A stretch of 63,602 nucleotides of DNA, filler included, from Nemertoderma westbladi (lineage: Eukaryota; Animalia; Xenacoelomorpha), in NCBI GenBank assembly GCA_032718475.1. It is 5 parts of 5 records of this genome, joined end to end, with 100 filler letters (N's around TTAATTAATTAA, not from the genome) between each part and the next. Parts side by side here need not be neighbours in the genome. Positions count along the whole stretch, not along the records: positions 45,095 to 55,141 come from JAUCBJ010003348.1; positions 55,242 to 63,602 come from JAUCBJ010006275.1; 3 more parts are not named here. One strand, written 5' to 3'. The notes under the pieces were generated by a model, which worked only from the letters and a program-made list of their open reading frames with translations, was not told the DNA's origin and did not search any database. Shown here piece after piece: positions 49,222 through 63,602 of this stretch. Numbering within the stretch: the stretch's first letter is position 1; each line of letters opens with the position of its first letter. Made by a program: the position numbers and the translations under genes.

Positions 49222-49996
49222 AGCAAGCAAGCAAACAGTCGGCCGAAGCCGGAGGCGACCCGAAGGCTCCTCTTTCGATAGCTGCTACCCGAGGGTAGGG
49301 GTGGGCGCTACTCCTATCCCAAGATTTGCTCCCAGTTATTTAACTGGTACTCATAACTGGTACTCTAAACATAGAATCACAAGGAATTGTGCTAGTACAT
49401 GTAAAGATTGTTCGATCATAACCCATCACTGTGGTTAACATGCAAAATTATGTTACCAATAGTGAATAATGAGTAAATAATTATTGAAGATGATAAAAGT
49501 TTTAAAAACGCATTCTTATCTTATTATCTTTGAAACATACGTTGATATCGTTAGCAAGTATAATTACAGGCCCGTAGCCAGGATTTTAAAAGGGCGGTTC
49601 GATTTTACCAAAAAAAGGGCACTTTATTAATTATTGTTTAAATAATGAATATATCCATAAGTATAGCCAGAACATATTAAGGCAGCATATGTATTAAGGA
49701 TAGGGCGGTATATGTAGGGTATGTATATATAGTATAGGTATATGTAGATATATGGGTACATGTATATATAGGGTATATGTACTTTGCAGTACTTTCAGTA
49801 CTTTTAAGTTTGAGGCACAGAGTTTCACTGCACAAGTCACAGATTAAAAATGGACAGTATAGAAATTTGAAAGTATCGAAGCATATCTGGGAGTGGCTCA
49901 TCTTGAGGTCCAATTTAATATAACTCCATTTCACAAAATGAGAATTGGCTCAACACCTGTAGCAAGGCGGATAAAGGAAGATTTCTTTATTAAAAG

Positions 49997-51830
49997 ATAA
50001 TATAATATAATATAATATAATATAATATAATATAATATAATATAATATAATATAATATAATATAATATAATGTATATTTTTCCAAAACAAGTTGGGCCGA
50101 TTCAATAACAAGTTGCACACTTATGTAGAATCGTCTCGGCCAGAATAATTAAAAACAGGCAAGGCACGGAATACAAATATACAATATATAAATGATATAC
50201 ATAACGTAAGTAATACTTAATACTATACAGTTACAATACACTTACCATGCACATAGCCCCGTACAATACACACTCGATACATATCCATACAATACACACT
50301 GTCCCCCCCCAGAAACCCTCTGCCAATCCCGCTGCACCCCACCCACATCCATCCCACCCTGAATGGGGAGAAACCCGACCCGCTCGCCGCATTAAGTCGC
50401 TGGTGTCACAAAGGTGCTTTTAAGCAAGGTATGGTGAAAATAATAAGTTGAGTGTAATAGTCTTCACCTGGGAAAATAACCACGAATCACGATTGAGTGG
50501 TGCACAATAACATTTGTTTAATATTAATGCAATTTTTGAATAATTTTGACAAGATATGCCACACCATCACCCACTTCTTAGTAAAATACGAAAAGCAAGA
50601 TAAAATATTCTGACTGGGACAAAGAAAAAATAAGGAATATTAGCAACCCAGCGAATTAAACCTGTTTGTTGCCTCAATAAAAGTTGCGACGGCCGAAATA
50701 AGGACAGGTGTTTTAGATGCAACGATGCTGGGGGTGCCAGTAGGTCCATGTAAGATAACATGAACCGAAAAACGGAGGTCAAGTTGTAACATGGACTGAT
50801 TAAGTACCAATCGAGGGCCAGTGTACCGCGTGCATTCCATAAAATAGTGGTACACATCTTCGCAGGGATGGCCGCACCCACAAGTTCTATAACTAGTAAC
50901 CTTTGCACGAAATAAGTCGTCATTTAAAGACGAACAGATGCATCGCATACGAGCAAGCAGGCCGTTAATTTTTGGGCTACCGAGCAAGTAGTATGATGGC
51001 ACTGATGCGGATGGGTAAAGGTGATTACTTGCTAAATTTTTAAAACTATTAGCAGATGTTGCATTACGTATATTATCCGGTAAATCGTTCCATATTCGTA
51101 TGGAAGATAGTAAAAATGAATTTTTAAAGTAATTATTCCGAGCAAAAGGTACCCTATAATTATCTCGATTTCTTGTACAATATGGGGAAGACTGGGCCAA
51201 GGTTTCCGGAAGTAATTCGCGCAGATGTGGGGAAGCTGAATTTTTTGTCATTTTATATAGAATAATTAATTTTTGAATTGTCCTTCTATTTTGTAGGGTC
51301 GATATTCCAGATTCAGTATATAAACTGACAGTTGAACAAGAAATGGTTAATCGACATATTATCCTAATGGCTTCCTTATTTATCAGCTCCAGTTTATACT
51401 TTAGTTCGTTAGAACAATTGTCCCACACTGGCCCTGCATACTCCAGACCAGAACGAATAAACGCCACATATATTTTGAGAAGTGCTGCCCTATCTACTTT
51501 ATATTTAACAGCGCGCAACATATTTAGTTTAAGCGAAGCTTTAGTAATAATATTTTTAATATGAGCATCCCATGTTAAATCAGACGATATAGTACACCCA
51601 AGATGTTTATGACTCTCAACTTCTTCAGTTATGTCATTATTCAAATAAAGGATACCATGTTCAATATGCCTAACCTGTTTGTGGGAGACCAACATTGCCT
51701 CAGTTTTTGAAGCGTTATATGTGACTAACCATTTTTTGCCCCAATCAAAAACATTAGCCAGGTCGGCATTAAGAGCCGCCGTGGTTACACTAGGTTCCCC
51801 CACATCCATTAAAAGATATAAGCCCTCCCT
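49997..51830 (-). mobile_element. 5'-truncated CR1-group LINE with (ATTAT)n tail
   Basis: ORF 50640-51851: W..KWLVTYNASKT, HKHLG, LTWDAHI, IRSGLEYAGPVW, WNDLP, C.CG..EDVYHYFMEC; microsatellite tail 49997-50071. Confidence 0.9.
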
Positions 51831-53887
51831 CAACAGTTGAATCTGGAACACAATGGAATGGAACAGTGAACCACAAAGGAACTATAGAAATAGTAACATC
51901 AGTAGCCCCCCCCCCCCCGCCCTTCTTCGTCGCCTAATGATCAACTAACTCATATTGCCTAAACTGGTGTATTGCATAGCATATTACACATACTTTAGGG
52001 CCACATTTACTATAATTCTATAATTTGCCTGAATAACTTTAAGTTTGACATGCATTGCAATTTTTATAAATAATTTTAAATACAGTATTTTACCTCATAT
52101 GCTCAAAGATTATCTCTTCAATATTCCATATATTTTGCAAAATAAAGTAGATATAAAACAACTTATAGCACAAAGTACAAATTTTACCTCATATTCATTA
52201 TTTTGTTTATTTTATTTGCCATAATTTTTTAATAATGTTTTAATTGGAAATTAAATATAATAACTGAATCTGTGTATCATTTTATCTCAATTGCTGGGTA
52301 TATGTATATATAGGGTATATGTACTTTTCAGTACTAAACACCTAGCTACCATAGAGCCACAGCTATTATCATTTTGAAAAGGAAAAAGGTGCTTTACCAT
52401 CCACTTGTAATTAATACAGGCGCCACAATAGATAACTAAATATTTTACTCATGTGTGAACACCCAAATGTACCTTCCATATAATTAGTATTGCAGTTTTA
52501 TTAGTAAATGGATCCTGAATTTAACACGAGCAGTACAGTTGACCTTTGTGAAAAGTTGACAGTATCAATTCCTACAAATTAGAATGCAATCTAGTGAAAA
52601 CTATGTTAATAATTAAATATACATATTGGTCATGTACAATAATTCTGCTGCTGCAGTTCCTAGAAGTCGCAGATCAATTATGGAGGGTTGCTGGAATGGG
52701 AAACACCCACAGTACCTACAATCCATAGGACCTACAAACAAAATTATGAAATAAGACTGTTGGCAGGCTGTGACAGTGATACCAGTTGATCGCAGTGATG
52801 GTGATGATTATGTGATTAGAAACGTTTTGCTTAATTAATACAAGGAGATTCAGGACAATAATAGTGACTGGTTTTTCTTTTTAATAGCAATATTACAAGA
52901 AAATATTTAATTACCCCGATCCCACCATTTTTTACTGCAGCGGATCCTTATCGCGATCCTAATTGGGAACACTGCATCCATACTGGGATCCATCGACTCG
53001 GCATCCGAAGGACTATACGACATCATGGTGAGAGGGGAGGGGGGGGGGGGGGGGGGGGGGGGTAGAGTCTCTGTAACTGGTGCCATCTTCTTCAATAAAA
53101 TTTAAGAACAATATGAAAAGTACTGATATCAAAGTGATATGTTCCGTCGTTGGGATGCTGGCATTGCGGGAGAGACGAATAATAAATTAATTAATCTGTT
53201 TAACATAGATTAATTTATTATAATTAGCTTATAAGTATAATATAATATAATTTATATCTTAATTATTTAATTGATTTAATAGCATTTCTCATCAACAGCC
53301 TATGTTGAGTAGGCCTACTGCATATTCCAATTCCAAATTCCGTGATTTCTGCCATATTTCTGAACTGTACTAGGCCTACTGTATATATATTTTTTTAGTT
53401 ATCCCCAGCCCCAGAACAGTTAGCACTCCAAGAAGGAATAGAGGCATAAAATATAAGCTGGACCAGGTCACCCGGACAATGGAATTAAATTCAAATATTA
53501 CGTTAATATGCGTTTTTCTATAGTTATTCAAAGATAAAATTTATCCATATACAGTACAGTCCCAATCCCAATAAACATTAACTTGGTCGTTTTGGCGGCC
53601 AAAATCACCAAAAAAATGTAGTGTATTCCTATGGGCTACTTGGTCGTTTTGGCGAAGCGATTTAACTCGAATCAGCTCAATCCAGACAGTCTGTCTCCTT
53701 GGCCATCCATTTGGTGGATCTGACTAAATGTCGGCTCGCTTTCATTTTTTATTATTGACAGATTGTTAACTCACCCGGCGCTGAGCCTTGCAGTACTGGA
53801 GTCCGCCCACTGAGGCATTGATAGAGTACACAGTCTTATAAAAGGAGTTGAATGGGGCTTCGTTAAAGGAGGAGTATGTATAATAAT

Positions 53888-54108
53888 ATGAACGTCCCGA
53901 AATTAATTTATGGACGTCCCGAAATTAATTTATGGACGTCCCGAAATTAATTTATGGACGTCCCGAAATTAACTATATGGCCTTCCCGAAATTAACTTAT
54001 GGACGTCCCGAAATTAACTTATGGACGTCCCGAAATTAACTTATGGAGGTCCCGAAATTAATTTATGGACGTCCCGAAATGAATTTATGGACGTCCCGAA
54101 ATTAATCT
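53888..54108. repeat. 22-bp minisatellite, ~10 copies
   Basis: tatggacgtcccgaaattaa(t/c)t. Confidence 0.95.
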
Positions 54109-55141
54109 ATCAACCAATCAGAATCGTAATGAAATAACTAATTAATGGACGATGTTAATTTCGGAAATTAATTTCAATAATATTTTTTTTTATAATAAAA
54201 ATTTTTTTTAATATTTTTTTACAATGTATAATTCGCGGACACTGCGGGGTGACTACAAAACAAAGACCCAATTATAAAGACCTGCATAATCTTGTTACAT
54301 GTGTTAACTTTCGTCAATTGTTTTGAACCCCCCGTCACGCCTCTGTAACTTGCTCCTTTAAATAGTAATGGTACATCGCTCATTGTGACCTTGTTCGCGC
54401 TTTTAAGACCTTTGGCAGTTTAACCCGCCAAATCTATATGTCTTCTAGGTTATAAATCTACTCCAGCCTATGACAAGTATTGAACACCTATAATAATTCT
54501 AACATTAGCCAAAGCCAGTCTGTGCGCGACCATTCACCCGCTGGATATACCCGGGAGACTGGATTTGGATGCTTTAATTTGATTGCGGTGCAGGCCTACC
54601 GTACTATTCGATTGATCGTTAATATATAATCTCTGACGAATATTATTCACTTTCGGGAAATATTAGCAGTTCCTTTAGGACGTGGCGCTCTATCTATTTA
54701 AACAGAGCTATGACTTACACTATACACAACGGTATGTCTTATAGATCACCAAAGTGCATTCTTTAGGAAATGCTTTGTTACTCGGTCAAGCACACACAGA
54801 CTATTGCACACAATTGCACACTGAATTGCCGATATTCACTGATTTTAATCATATATAAAGAGAATAACAACCGACATTTGTAGGGCCTATTAAGTAGCAT
54901 TGAACTCATTACAAACCACGATAATGTATGTCGCAAATTGTTATATGTAACCGGTCTCTCTAACCTTAGTGTATCAAGAAGATTGGGGTTTCGGATCGTT
55001 ATCAATATTCTTCCCAATAATAATATTGAACGATACAATTAACAACACAGTAAATAGCAGTAAATAATGCAAGTGTACTTAACCAAGATAACAGTTTGAT
55101 GATCTTATAATTAAAGACGCTCTAATGTTAGAAAACATTCC

Positions 55142-55241
55142 NNNNNNNNNNNNNNNNNNNNNNNNNNNNNNNNNNNNNNNNNNNNTTAATTAATTAANNN
55201 NNNNNNNNNNNNNNNNNNNNNNNNNNNNNNNNNNNNNNNNN
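55142..55241. other. Artificial contig linker
   Basis: N-TTAATTAATTAA-N. Confidence 0.97.
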
Positions 55242-55721
55242 TAGACATTGAAGAATTGATCCAGTTTTACTGATTCAATAGTTACTTATTTTATTAACGG
55301 ACTTTATTTTAATTACCCAAAATCGTTGTATCAATTCGCTTAGATTTTAATGAGATTGTCACTGAATAATCCCGGTAGTACGTACTGTAAGTGATCAATC
55401 CTTCCATGAGCAATTTCAAAATTAATTTTAATAAATTTTATCTTACTAATATTTCAGCAGTGTGAAATAAAGTGATATAATTTTGCCAAAATCCCGTATT
55501 ATACTAACAATACTAACGTAGTAATACATACTAAAAAAATTTATGAAATTACAATCCCGATCCCGAAAATCGCGATTTCGAAAGTCGCAATCCCGTTCCC
55601 GATCCCGGGGATCCCTGAAAGTAGGTGTGCCACTCAAGTAAATATCAATTTTGCTTGATTTGCAGATTCATCGGTTAGTTCAATGACTAAAATGAAGCGA
55701 CGTGTTGTTCAACCAAAGGGA

Positions 55722-56104
55722 ACTCTAGAACACACAGTAAGTGTCACAGTGTAACTGGTATACTCTAGAACACACAGTAAGTGTCAAAGTGTAACTGGTT
55801 TATTCTAGAACCCACAGTAAGTGTCAAAGTGAAACTGGTTTATTCTAGAACCCACAGTAAGTGTCAAAGTGTAACTGGTTTATTCTAGAACCCACAGTAA
55901 GTGTCAAAGTGTAACGGGTTTATTCTAGAACCCACAGTAAGTGTAAAAGTGTATCTGGTTTATTCTGGAACCCACAGTAAGTGTCAAAGTGTAACAGGTT
56001 TATTCTAGAACACATAGTAAGTGTCAAAGTGTAACTGGTTTATTCTAGAACACATAGTAAGTGTCAAAGTGTAACTGGTTTATTCTGAAACCCAGAATAA
56101 GTGA
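55722..56104. repeat. 40-bp minisatellite, ~9.5 copies
   Basis: tattctagaacccacagtaagtgtcaaagtgtaactggtt. Confidence 0.95.
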
Positions 56105-56775
56105 CTATTTTAGCCATCGTTCCCAAGATTACCCGGATTTCTCATCTCGAAGCGAATGTCCCAACTTTTATTCACCTGGATAATTTGATATAATGTTTCG
56201 TCACCTGGACGATTCGTGGTCATAGATACCTTGTACTGTACAGTACAGGTACACGTACGTGGGGACTTCGCGCATACCTAAGTCCATATAAGCATTTGCG
56301 CCGAGGTACAATTATTAGTCATTCGCCCCCTAGCGGTCGACATATGAACTATATAAGTCTGTCTGTGTGTATCTGTATGTGTGTATAATTTATACACTTT
56401 TTATAGACTACATGTGTACCAAGTCAAAGATTTATCGACTTATTAGAGTTTAGACGGGTCCACTAATTTATACCCTTAAGCTAAGGTTCACCTGGACTTC
56501 CGTGGCTCGCCCCACAAGTAGCCAGCCATACCCGACCCACAATTTGTTGTCCTTACTCCTAGTCTCCATAGAATTCAACCTATAAGTTTATTTTATTACA
56601 GTATATTTATTTTTTAGGTGGGGCCATCTGATACATTGGATAGCATCGCACTCATGTGCGACTCAACGCCATCTGTGATTCAGCGATTGAATAGACTAAC
56701 TAGCCGAATGATATTTCCAGGACAAGTAAGTTATTTAACAAGCGCGAAATCGCGCAAAGTCTAAAAAAAAATTCA

Positions 56776-56845
56776 CCGGAAATGGGGATTGAACTCGGCA
56801 CCTAGAGAATCCAAGTTACCGCTCTACCAACTTCACAACTGCGCC
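56776..56845 (-). repeat. Degenerate tRNA-like SINE head
   Basis: Minus strand agttggtagagcg...ccgagttcaatcc (A/B-box-like); no complete cloverleaf. Confidence 0.4.
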
Positions 56846-59800
56846 GTATGAAGCCTTAAAACCAAACTGGAAATTAACAACAACAACAACGGAGTAAATA
56901 CTAGAGGTCTCGCTACGCGGACCAAAAAATAGTCCCCGATCAGAAATTATTGATCTTTATGAATTACATCGTGAAGATAATGTTTATATTACCTTAAATA
57001 AATATTTAAGCCTCCAATTTGTGTGCAAACCACTTTATGGTCGTATGTGAAGTGCACCAAGTTATATTTCACTATGCAATTTTACCCCCATTTGAAGAAT
57101 ATCACGTTTTCACTAAATCCACAGGTTTCAGAAGGGCTGATTCTAACCAAAGCAATAAACGAATACGCAATATTAAGTATCCATACAGGACAGGTTATAA
57201 GACAAAGTGCTATATTATAACACTTAATAGGGAGAAATTTAAAAAATTAAAATTATTCATATATAAAATTCCACTAGAATTTCGACCTAAAAGTTAAAAC
57301 CTGGTATTCTTCACTCGGAGACGACTTTATAATATTCTAGTTAACATTACTCGTAAATGCGTAAGATAGCATAGGTAATAAGCTTGTGCTCAATCACACC
57401 AAACGTCCGTTGGCGCTTCGCGCAGCACGAAATGCGTTAGATGCATCACAGATCAGAACCCTTGAACCGGTAGTCCAACAATAGTGACCATTTAGTAATT
57501 TATGTAAAGTATTATTTATTTTTTAGTAATTTATGAGGGATCATTTAGTAACACCAGGAACATTTTAAGCCTTTGTTCGTCGTACCATTGTGAATTTTCA
57601 CTTTCAAGCACTTCACCCTCTAGCGACAGGTTGGAGAACAAGAACTGAACTTTGGTGGGGAAATATATTATAAATTTTTTTTGACGGACTACTTGGCTAC
57701 CAAGTTAAGTTAAATTTTAACTAAAGTGAGTTATTAGATTTCAAACATAGACGACTTACAGACAGACAGATCGATCGACAGACAGACAGACAACTGTTGC
57801 AATAACAGTTCCCCTATGCTAAGTTCTACGACTTCGTGGCTCCTGATTTTTTGCCATAGTTTAAAATCAAACTGCTGTGTCTAAAAGGACGCCAACTATT
57901 GGATTTGTCTGCTTTATATTTCAAATTTACGATCTCAATTAACTTTACAACGTATATATAAAATGTTACTTCGAGGGATTGCAGAGAATTACGATTTGTA
58001 ATATTAATTTAGCAAAAAAATTTGCTCTTCTTTTCTCAATTGAAATACAAACTCTGAATATCCACACTAACAATACTGCTACTCGAAAGCTAACTTACAC
58101 TGGACTTCGTGGCTCGCCCCACACTCCAGCTTATAGCTCGTCCCCCTGAATGGAAGGTAGGGTACTATAATACTCCACTAATAGTTGTATTTAATTAAAT
58201 GAGAGAGTTAAGTTGACTTTTAAGTAATCAGTTTTGTAACCGGGAATCCAATTCGTATGCATTAGGTTCTACATCTGAAATAAAATGTCGCTCAAGTATA
58301 AATAGTCCCTAACAGTACATTTGTGTCATTCAAGGTCTACAATATGTTGCATAACATTAGGATTGGATTAGAGGACAGCCAATGTCCAGTGCATAATACC
58401 CTAAAAATAAAAAATCCTCCAAAGTCGGCGAGTGAAATCTGGAATAAAAAAAAATGTAGAATAATTTTTAGTAAATTGCTGATAAATTTGTCCCTGTTTA
58501 TAATTTTTATATTTGAAATCAGCTCACCGAGGCTGTTCAAATAAAAGCGTCATTGATTGTAGTACTCTTATTGGGGTTTAGGAATACATATTGATAACAA
58601 TATTTTTATGACAGATTATCACACAGCCCTATGGCACAACAGCACCGGAAGCAAGCTGCACAGTTAAACTACCTCCGGCGACATCGCAAGGACACAAATC
58701 GGGTTGTGTTTGCTGCAACTCAAGGACGGAATCGTGGAGTGTTTGCTAGCAGACAGACAGCTTGTAATAAGTCTAACCTTGAATTACATACATGAATGAC
58801 AAGATCGCCTTGTTCTATGCTGGTGCAATAGCAATGACAGCTGGAGGTTATTTATTTAGAAAAAAATTTAATTGAAATTAGATACTGTATAACAGGACAG
58901 GAACTAAAACCCTACAAAATCGAACAAGGAGCTCATATTACTTCCGATTAATCGAATGCTGGCTAGACGAGGGGGGTGGGGGGGAACTGGACACAAAACC
59001 CGCCTTGGCGAATTAATATCCCGCCTCGATGTTAAATTCTCAATTTAGGGAAAGGAGCAGGTTACAGTGGCACGTTATTTTAACCAAAACAATAAACTAA
59101 ACACACTAGAACAGGTTACATTTTATTTTTGAGAGTAATCAGCTGTTATTTGCGTCGAATTTAACCTGGGTAGGGATTAATTTTTATTGCGTCCAGTTCC
59201 CCCCCCTATCTGGGCTAGACAGGACATTTAGCGCGACTGCTTTCATATCACCATTTTTAGCGTATGACAAATGGTGTACCCCTAGTACAGAAAGACAAAT
59301 TCCCTTATCTTCGTTCGTACTCCAAATATCTATGTAGTCGGGGTGTGGGGTGGGATATGTTCGTTGTTCCTCGAGGTATCACATAAATGGCGTGCGCGTT
59401 CTCAATAATGTGTAATTGCACCACCCTGATATTTAATTTGTGAAATATCTCGAGATTATGGTATTTTGAACCTAATCGATAATTTCGGTGCGAATGAACC
59501 TAATATTTTATTATGTGAGACAATTCCAATTGAAACCAACTCGTTAGTTCTAGTCGTTATTGTCCAGTCGTGACTTAAAACGATAGAAATTGGTCTAAAG
59601 TGTGAATGGAAATATTATTCACGTAGGATGTTCGATGTTCCTCTATAGGAACCACAGTAATTAGAAGGGCGTCAGGGCTTCTTGCTTTAAAAAAAATGTC
59701 TGTTTGTTTGTTTGTCTGTCTGTGCACATTGATGTTGGCTTGGAACGTTGGAAGGGAGCGTGATCTATACTTGTTGAAAGGTCAAGTATAATGTACCACT

Positions 59801-61804
59801 TAACTCTGTCTTCGTTCAATCCAATATTCTACTAAATTGGGCACAGCTTTTCAAAGTCAGAAATGACGTCCAGGTGGGATCGAACTGGTGACCTCCGGTG
59901 AATAATATGAAACCAGTCATTCACCCAAAACACAAATAATAAACTAAAAATCAGTACAGGGCTGTTAAAAGTTTATAATAATAACTCGCTATAATCACAA
60001 CTCAGCTGTAGGGTAGACTTATTTGTAAATCTTCAGATTTCCTTACTGTAAGAAAATCGTGTCTGTTTGTTTGTCTGTCTGTTTACACGAAAGGCTCCGA
60101 AACTATTCCGTCAATTGTGTTGTTATTAGTACCCTCCTGTAGTGTATGGTCTGAATGGGTGTATAAAGCAATTTTTTAGAAAAATACAGTTATTAGTTTC
60201 TGCAAAAAATAAAATAATCGAAAAGTGTTATAGTCGCAATGGTAAAATAACACCAATAAAAGGCTGGTGTTCATGATGAAAAATGGCTTGTCTAATGGAT
60301 TTCTACACAGGCTTAGTATGTCTGTTTTTGTTTGTTTGACTTAGTACACCCATTATACAGCTGATAGTCTTCTCAGCCAAGGAATGGGCGAATGTGAATT
60401 TATAACTAATTCCAAGTGAATGAATTTGAGTAATAATGTATGCCTTCAACTGTAGTAGTACAATAATTGGTGTAATTAGAATCATGAGAGGAAAATTGGA
60501 TCATTGTCAGGCCTAAAGGAACAAAGTGATTTAAAAAGTTAAATATTAGTATATTAATTAATTATTAATTAATATAAGTGTTCTGAAGATTGAAGATTTA
60601 CATCCCGCGTGCTTGCACGCCACTATGATACTGGACGATTATATTGATAGCCCCACTCTCTACTTCCATTATATTATTAATCAAACATTATTGAGGGTAA
60701 AGATTATTATTAGGATACATGTATATTATTATCGCTTCGGAATATCCCAAAAACGGAACTATGATTTTAGTTATTTCGGACTGTGTAGTGTGTATATAAC
60801 TAACTATAATTTAATCAAATTCACAATATAACACGTCCGTAGGGTTATTGACATGTTTCATCCTGCCTTGACAGATCCGAACATTTGGACGTGTATCTTA
60901 CGAATTTATTTTTTTAGCTTTATAATATTACAATACAACGGTTTTCTTTGACTGAGATAATACCAGCAATGCTTAATACACCAGCTTGAAATGACGAAAA
61001 TTTGAGCAACTCACCAATTTCAGGGTCAATAATTGTCGTATATTATGTAAAAGTACGGGGTCTTGATGTTTAAATCAATGTAGTTACAAAAAGGCGTATA
61101 TATATTAAATACGTGTTTAAAAAGGAGTCGGTTACCGTGACCCTGTTCCTAACAAAAACAATAAACTAATTTAACCTCTTTATTTGTGTCCCCTTTCCTC
61201 TTTTGCTAAGACACTTTTTATCTTCCTCTGGCTCTGACCACTTAGCCATTTATTTATCTGGTCTTATACCACTGGCAGCTAAATAATAACTATTATTTAG
61301 TTGCCAGTGGTATAAGATATGCAGCATATGCTGACGGTTGATATACGTACCGTATCGGTAAACTCAAGGTTTTCGAAGGCGAGGCTAAAATACTCTTTGT
61401 CACACACCCATAACCCCCCTCGAAGAATATAATATGTCACAAATGTGTTGTTTTCTGGCCAGTTCGAAATTCATCCTCGAGAGCTTTTACTCTGTCTTGA
61501 AGAACATTTAGTATAATATAATTTGGATAATACAGTATTATTCATTTAATTCACATATTATTATTTAACGAATTCGGATATTTCAATAAGACATTACATC
61601 AATTATTGACAAACAACAAAAATATAAGAATTGCAATTAATTCAACAACGGGAAATTCATCACGAAACTTATTCAATGAAAAAAAAACAAAATGTACCTC
61701 ATTGAGCACAAACAAGTTCAATTTCAAATATTTCAAACTTTAACCTTTCCATCGCAACAACCCAATTAGAGTCATTCATCGATTCAGTAAACACCTCCAG
61801 AAAT

Positions 61805-63436
61805 CTAATCGTGAGTCGCGTTGAGAATGTCGTCGATCTTTAGAATCGATCGAACCGTCTCGCAACTTAAACTCAACGCGGATTGCGAAACCGTCAACGG
61901 CTGAACTACGTTCTCCTCGATGATATCCGAAACGCAACACGTCCTCACGTTAATCCCGGCGTTACGCTCCCCTCTCGCGTGCCGATTGCGTAGATCCGTA
62001 ACGGTGGCTATCGCATTCAACCCCGCGTTCTGAGCCAACGTGTACGGAATGGTCTCGAAGGCCCCCGCTAGACACCGGATACAGAAGGACTCCACACCGG
62101 GGCTGGCCCGCGCGTAATCCGCCAATCCCAACGCCAACTCCACCTCCGGGGCGCCTCCGCCAGCAATCAGTGCCCGATGCCTCACCAAACAGCGAACCAC
62201 GCACACAGCATCGTGCAACGACCTATCCGCTTCCTCCAACACCAACTTATTGCTCCCCCTGAGCAACACGGAACACGTCCGTCCGGGGTTAAGGATCCCG
62301 CTGACCTGAACGATCTTACCAGCTCCCGTTAGAATCTCCTCAACAAGATCAGCAGACCCTAAAGCTTCCGGAACAAAATGATCTAATGACGCTATCGGAC
62401 GACAACTCAACGTCTTACAAATAAACTCAACCTCATCCCTTTCAACATCCTTAATAACCATTATCTTCAACTTCGCTAGGAAATGCAATGCAAGATCGCT
62501 TACTGCATCCCGTAGAATCGACTTCTGTACAAGGAGAACGTTGCAACCGGCTTTCTTGATCGCCTTAACAATGTTCAGAATGTACTGACGCTCTTCTTTC
62601 AGTACGCGATCCATCTGGGCGTAATCCGAAACGATAACCTGATTATCCATATCCGTTTTAGGAGGGGAGATCTGGAACTGGATCAACCCTATCTTCGCTT
62701 TCTCTACCTTGTTAACCCCGTGGGCTCTGTGGTCAAACACTAATCCTTCTATGAGCTTACTATCCTCTATTGTCCCTCCTAACTTCTTAACTATCTTAAT
62801 ATCACGGATGTCGACCATCTTGGCTTCCTTTAGGTCGGTTATCTTGAGTATCGCGTCCACTGCGATACCCGACAACAGACTACTGAACTGGCTGACGACC
62901 TTGGAGTTTAGCGCGGTTGACGCACTCCTCAGCAAGGCATCCCTGTCCGATAGATCCACAGGGATGCTCATCCCTTCCAGGATCTTGCATCCCTGCTCGG
63001 ACAGCGTCTGCAGACTCTCCGAAATCTGTGTAGGATGGATCCCCTGGCTGAGCAACTCGTTGCAGCTGTTTAATAGTGCACCGGCCATTACTACGACCGT
63101 AGTCGTACCGTCGCCGGCTGCGATATCCTGAGCCTTAGATAGATCTACAAGCATCTTAGCAGCAGGGTGGAGAACTTTCATTTGTTTCAGGATTGTGGCT
63201 CCGTCGTTCGTTATTGTGACGTCACCGGAACCCGATTGGATCATCTTGTCCATTCCTTTCGGTCCCAGACTGGTTCGCACTGCGTCTGCTACGGCTTTTG
63301 CGGCTACGATGTTTGATTCGCGGATGTGTGTCGGTTTCTCTTTATCTTTGAATTGACGCGATTTTGGTATGTTACTACTACCTCCACTGCGTTTGTCTCC
63401 CATTCCCATAGTTGGTTTAATCGCCGTTGTTGCCAT
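61805..63436 (-). CDS. CCT4: T-complex protein 1 subunit delta (chaperonin CCT4), single coding exon
   Basis: [82 protein letters not shown]; intact 543 aa. Confidence 0.96.
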   Translation of the reverse strand: MATTAIKPTMGMGDKRSGGSSNIPKSRQFKDKEKPTHIRESNIVAAKAVADAVRTSLGPKGMDKMIQSGSGDVTITNDGATILKQMKVLHPAAKMLVDLSKAQDIAAGDGTTTVVVMAGALLNSCNELLSQGIHPTQISESLQTLSEQGCKILEGMSIPVDLSDRDALLRSASTALNSKVVSQFSSLLSGIAVDAILKITDLKEAKMVDIRDIKIVKKLGGTIEDSKLIEGLVFDHRAHGVNKVEKAKIGLIQFQISPPKTDMDNQVIVSDYAQMDRVLKEERQYILNIVKAIKKAGCNVLLVQKSILRDAVSDLALHFLAKLKIMVIKDVERDEVEFICKTLSCRPIASLDHFVPEALGSADLVEEILTGAGKIVQVSGILNPGRTCSVLLRGSNKLVLEEADRSLHDAVCVVRCLVRHRALIAGGGAPEVELALGLADYARASPGVESFCIRCLAGAFETIPYTLAQNAGLNAIATVTDLRNRHARGERNAGINVRTCCVSDIIEENVVQPLTVSQSALSLSCETVRSILKIDDILNATHD

Positions 63437-63602
63437 GATAAATTACCGGTACCGGTACACCTATTTTAAACAGTACTACTGGAGTGGTTGTGCACGCACA
63501 TGTACCTGCAAGCTACAGATGATAGAGAAATAGGCCTAAGAGAGTACCGGTACGTAGTCGAGCTGTCTGATAGAAGAGAACAGGACTGCTGGGAACTTGG
63601 GG

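Noticed and set aside
54633-54665. ctgacga...gaaa hammerhead-like core
   Set aside because: No stem II, and the second copy of this repeat reads ctgacaa.

Overview
Repeat-rich, AT-rich animal (invertebrate-like) nuclear DNA, made of five contigs joined by four artificial 100-bp linkers (N..TTAATTAATTAA..N). Host genes: an apparently intronless ZGPAT, a CoA synthase (COASY) with one short intron, a probable first exon of EFCAB14, and an intronless CCT4. Most of the rest is transposon debris: CR1/L2-, RTE- and CRE-type LINEs, GalEa-like Copia, BEL/Pao and Gypsy gag-protease remnants (the Copia and Gypsy with LTR and PBS), a Penelope-like element, SINEs, MITEs, Helitron-like elements and many minisatellites. 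The standout is a ~415-bp tandem array at 9.6-11.6 kb. Each unit has a tRNA-like Pol III A/B-box head fused directly to a minimal, dimer-dependent type-I hammerhead ribozyme inside a highly self-complementary unit, and the array begins with a Penelope-style inverted segment. It looks like a Pol III-driven retrozyme inserted into a Copia element, about 8 kb from a Penelope remnant with its own hammerhead-like core. All calls are by eye; no database searches or folding computations were run.
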